Shown: one piece after another, positions 62,353 to 64,000 of the stretch
How the letters are laid out: each line of letters starts with the position of its first letter
Numbering within the stretch: position 1 is the stretch's first letter
Source: Paraphysomonas bandaiensis
Taxonomy: Eukaryota > Protista > Chrysophyceae
Direction: 5' to 3'
NCBI GenBank assembly: GCA_965644295.1
Contig: CBFFRP010000145.1
Span: 100,610-164,609 of the forward strand
DNA: 64,000 bases
The notes under the pieces: generated by a model
What the model was told of the DNA's origin: nothing
Seen by the model: only the letters and a program-made list of their open reading frames with translations
The model's database searches: none
Program-made: the position numbers and the translations under genes

Positions 62353-64000
62353 GAACGCACATACGAGCACACAGTACTAGCAAACTAACCTTGTCGTGGG
62401 AAGACATCTGCTGTCGAAAAACATACACTTTCGACATGAGGTAGGAATAGATGCATCGCGCATCTCTCAGCACAGCCTGCATCCCGAGTGTTACTGTGTT
62501 TGTTGTGTTGTGTATGATGTGCGCATTTCAAAATGTGTTCCTCGCACCGGATACATTCATGCACACAGCACAGCGCGGCATAACATATAGAAAAACACGT
62601 ACAAAAAAAATTGAATTGACAAAAACACCCCACAAGAGCATCGAACACGCGTCATGAGTGTGTGGTGAGGACGCGGTGTGCATACACTACACCGCAACCA
62701 CACTGCACGAGCAGTGACTACAACACGCACATCTTGACCATAATACATATGCATAACTTAACACACACACACACATACACATACATATAGAGGGATGGAT
62801 CTTCTGAGTCAGTATCTTCTGGTGCTTAGATGGTGACATTGTTGATGACAGTGAGGAGTGCTCAGGAGGTGTGGTTTATCGGATGAGGTGTTCATTGTTG
62901 TGTGGATCACACCTCCTGAGCACACAGACAGACAGACACACACATACATCCGAATGCTGCAGAGCTGATACCAGTCTCAGATGATACTCTTACTGAGTGG
63001 TTCAGAGTTGCAGGCTTATAACTGCCTTCCAGGAAAGTCACATGTGTCTTCATGACAGCGTTTGGTCACGAGGCTGTAGCACAGAGCCTCATACAGTGGA
63101 TTGAGGAGAGTGGACATGCACCTTCGGTCACTCTCCTTGGGGTTGCCAACAATACACCTACTGCTGGTATGTAGCACTATACACGATCTCATATGCTGCA
63201 ATTCATTTATGTATATGTCTACTTTACAATATCAGAATGATTGATTGTGTAGATTACATGATGCAGAAGAAAGGACTGCCACTACGGAAGCTTAGTGCTT
63301 CAAAGGCATTTCATTTAAGCTTTTAACCTGCCGTAAGTAGCTAGAATAGCATGTCCTGTCTAATTCTAAACCTACTTGAAGAAAGAGTCGTCGGAAGAAA
63401 GAGATAGAGAGCTCTGAGGAGTTCCCTGCATGCATTGATGGGCATTCCAGCAGTCGTTAAGAGGAGGAATCATTCAGTGCTAGAACACAGCTTCGTCGAA
63501 AGATGAGACCTCCCCGTCAAAAACGAAGCAAAGATAGAAAGAAGAGCACGAAGAAGAGCACGAAGAACTCCTACACAGAAAGTCTTCTTGTGGACACGTT
63601 CGTATGGCTTATGAACGTGACAACTTCAAAGCTGAAGCCCAGCCCCTCGAGCTTCAGAATCGGAAGGAGAAGAACAAGGAATTCTGTAGAATGTTATTGA
63701 ATATAGAGAAGAGTAGAGTATGCATTGTATGTTTATTGCTCTTCTTTTCAATAATTATGTGGTGTTATGTTTATACAATGACTAGCTAGAACTAGTTTGT
63801 AGCTCATTCACGTACATAGCAATCAAACGGTTAGTTGAACTCATTTTTATACTGAAAATAATATTAATTTGCAATATTAGTCAGTAATATATCAATACAA
63901 ATGCAGAGAACTATTTATTAGCACTCTAGTAACTAGCTAGCTTTAACGAGGAATGTACGTCAAAAACGTGGGAAATTTTTTTTCCCACGTTTGCATATTG

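Larger units (their letters stand above)
59057..64000. mobile_element. 4.9-kb TIR-bounded non-autonomous element carrying tandem repeats
   Basis: CAATATGCAAACGTGGGAAA (59057-59076) is the exact reverse complement of 63981-64000. The TSD cannot be checked because the window ends at the TIR. No intact ORF inside. Confidence 0.75.

Noticed and set aside
61300-63720. Transposase gene inside the TIR element
   Set aside because: Only short stop-interrupted fragments (for example FHCCNDLCLLN on the minus strand near 61450) and no DDE motif could be assembled.

Overview
Eukaryotic nuclear DNA with compact genes and short (about 45-60 nt) spliceosomal introns, probably from a flagellated stramenopile-type protist (inferred from gene content; the species cannot be identified from the sequence). 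About 16 host genes are recognisable: a secreted GHSMGG hydrolase, an ELAV-like RRM protein, a DUF296/PPC protein, SFT2, gamma-COP, a multi-TM hybrid histidine kinase, a MATCAP-like metalloprotease, a small Cys-rich protein, an RCC1/UBR/WW protein, a cyclin-Y-like protein, IFT20, STT3, a membrane-anchored GlmS-like amidotransferase, an ankyrin protein, a GPCR-inositol 5-phosphatase fusion and SLY1. Twelve of them form six head-to-head pairs across short purine/pyrimidine-alternating spacers. Mobile DNA includes a Harbinger transposase running off the left edge, a young full-length Copia element (293-bp LTRs that look identical, CAAGG TSD), hAT elements and MITEs with 8-bp TSDs, decayed non-LTR-like remnants sharing a conserved 3' stem-loop, and a 4.9-kb TIR-bounded element carrying a 182-bp tandem array. 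The best candidates for undescribed biology are the TM-containing GlmS-like enzyme that seems to lack the isomerase catalytic residues, the GPCR-5-phosphatase fusion, the satellite-carrying TIR element and the bidirectional-promoter signature. All calls were made by eye with no database searches, so gene starts and some splice sites are approximate.
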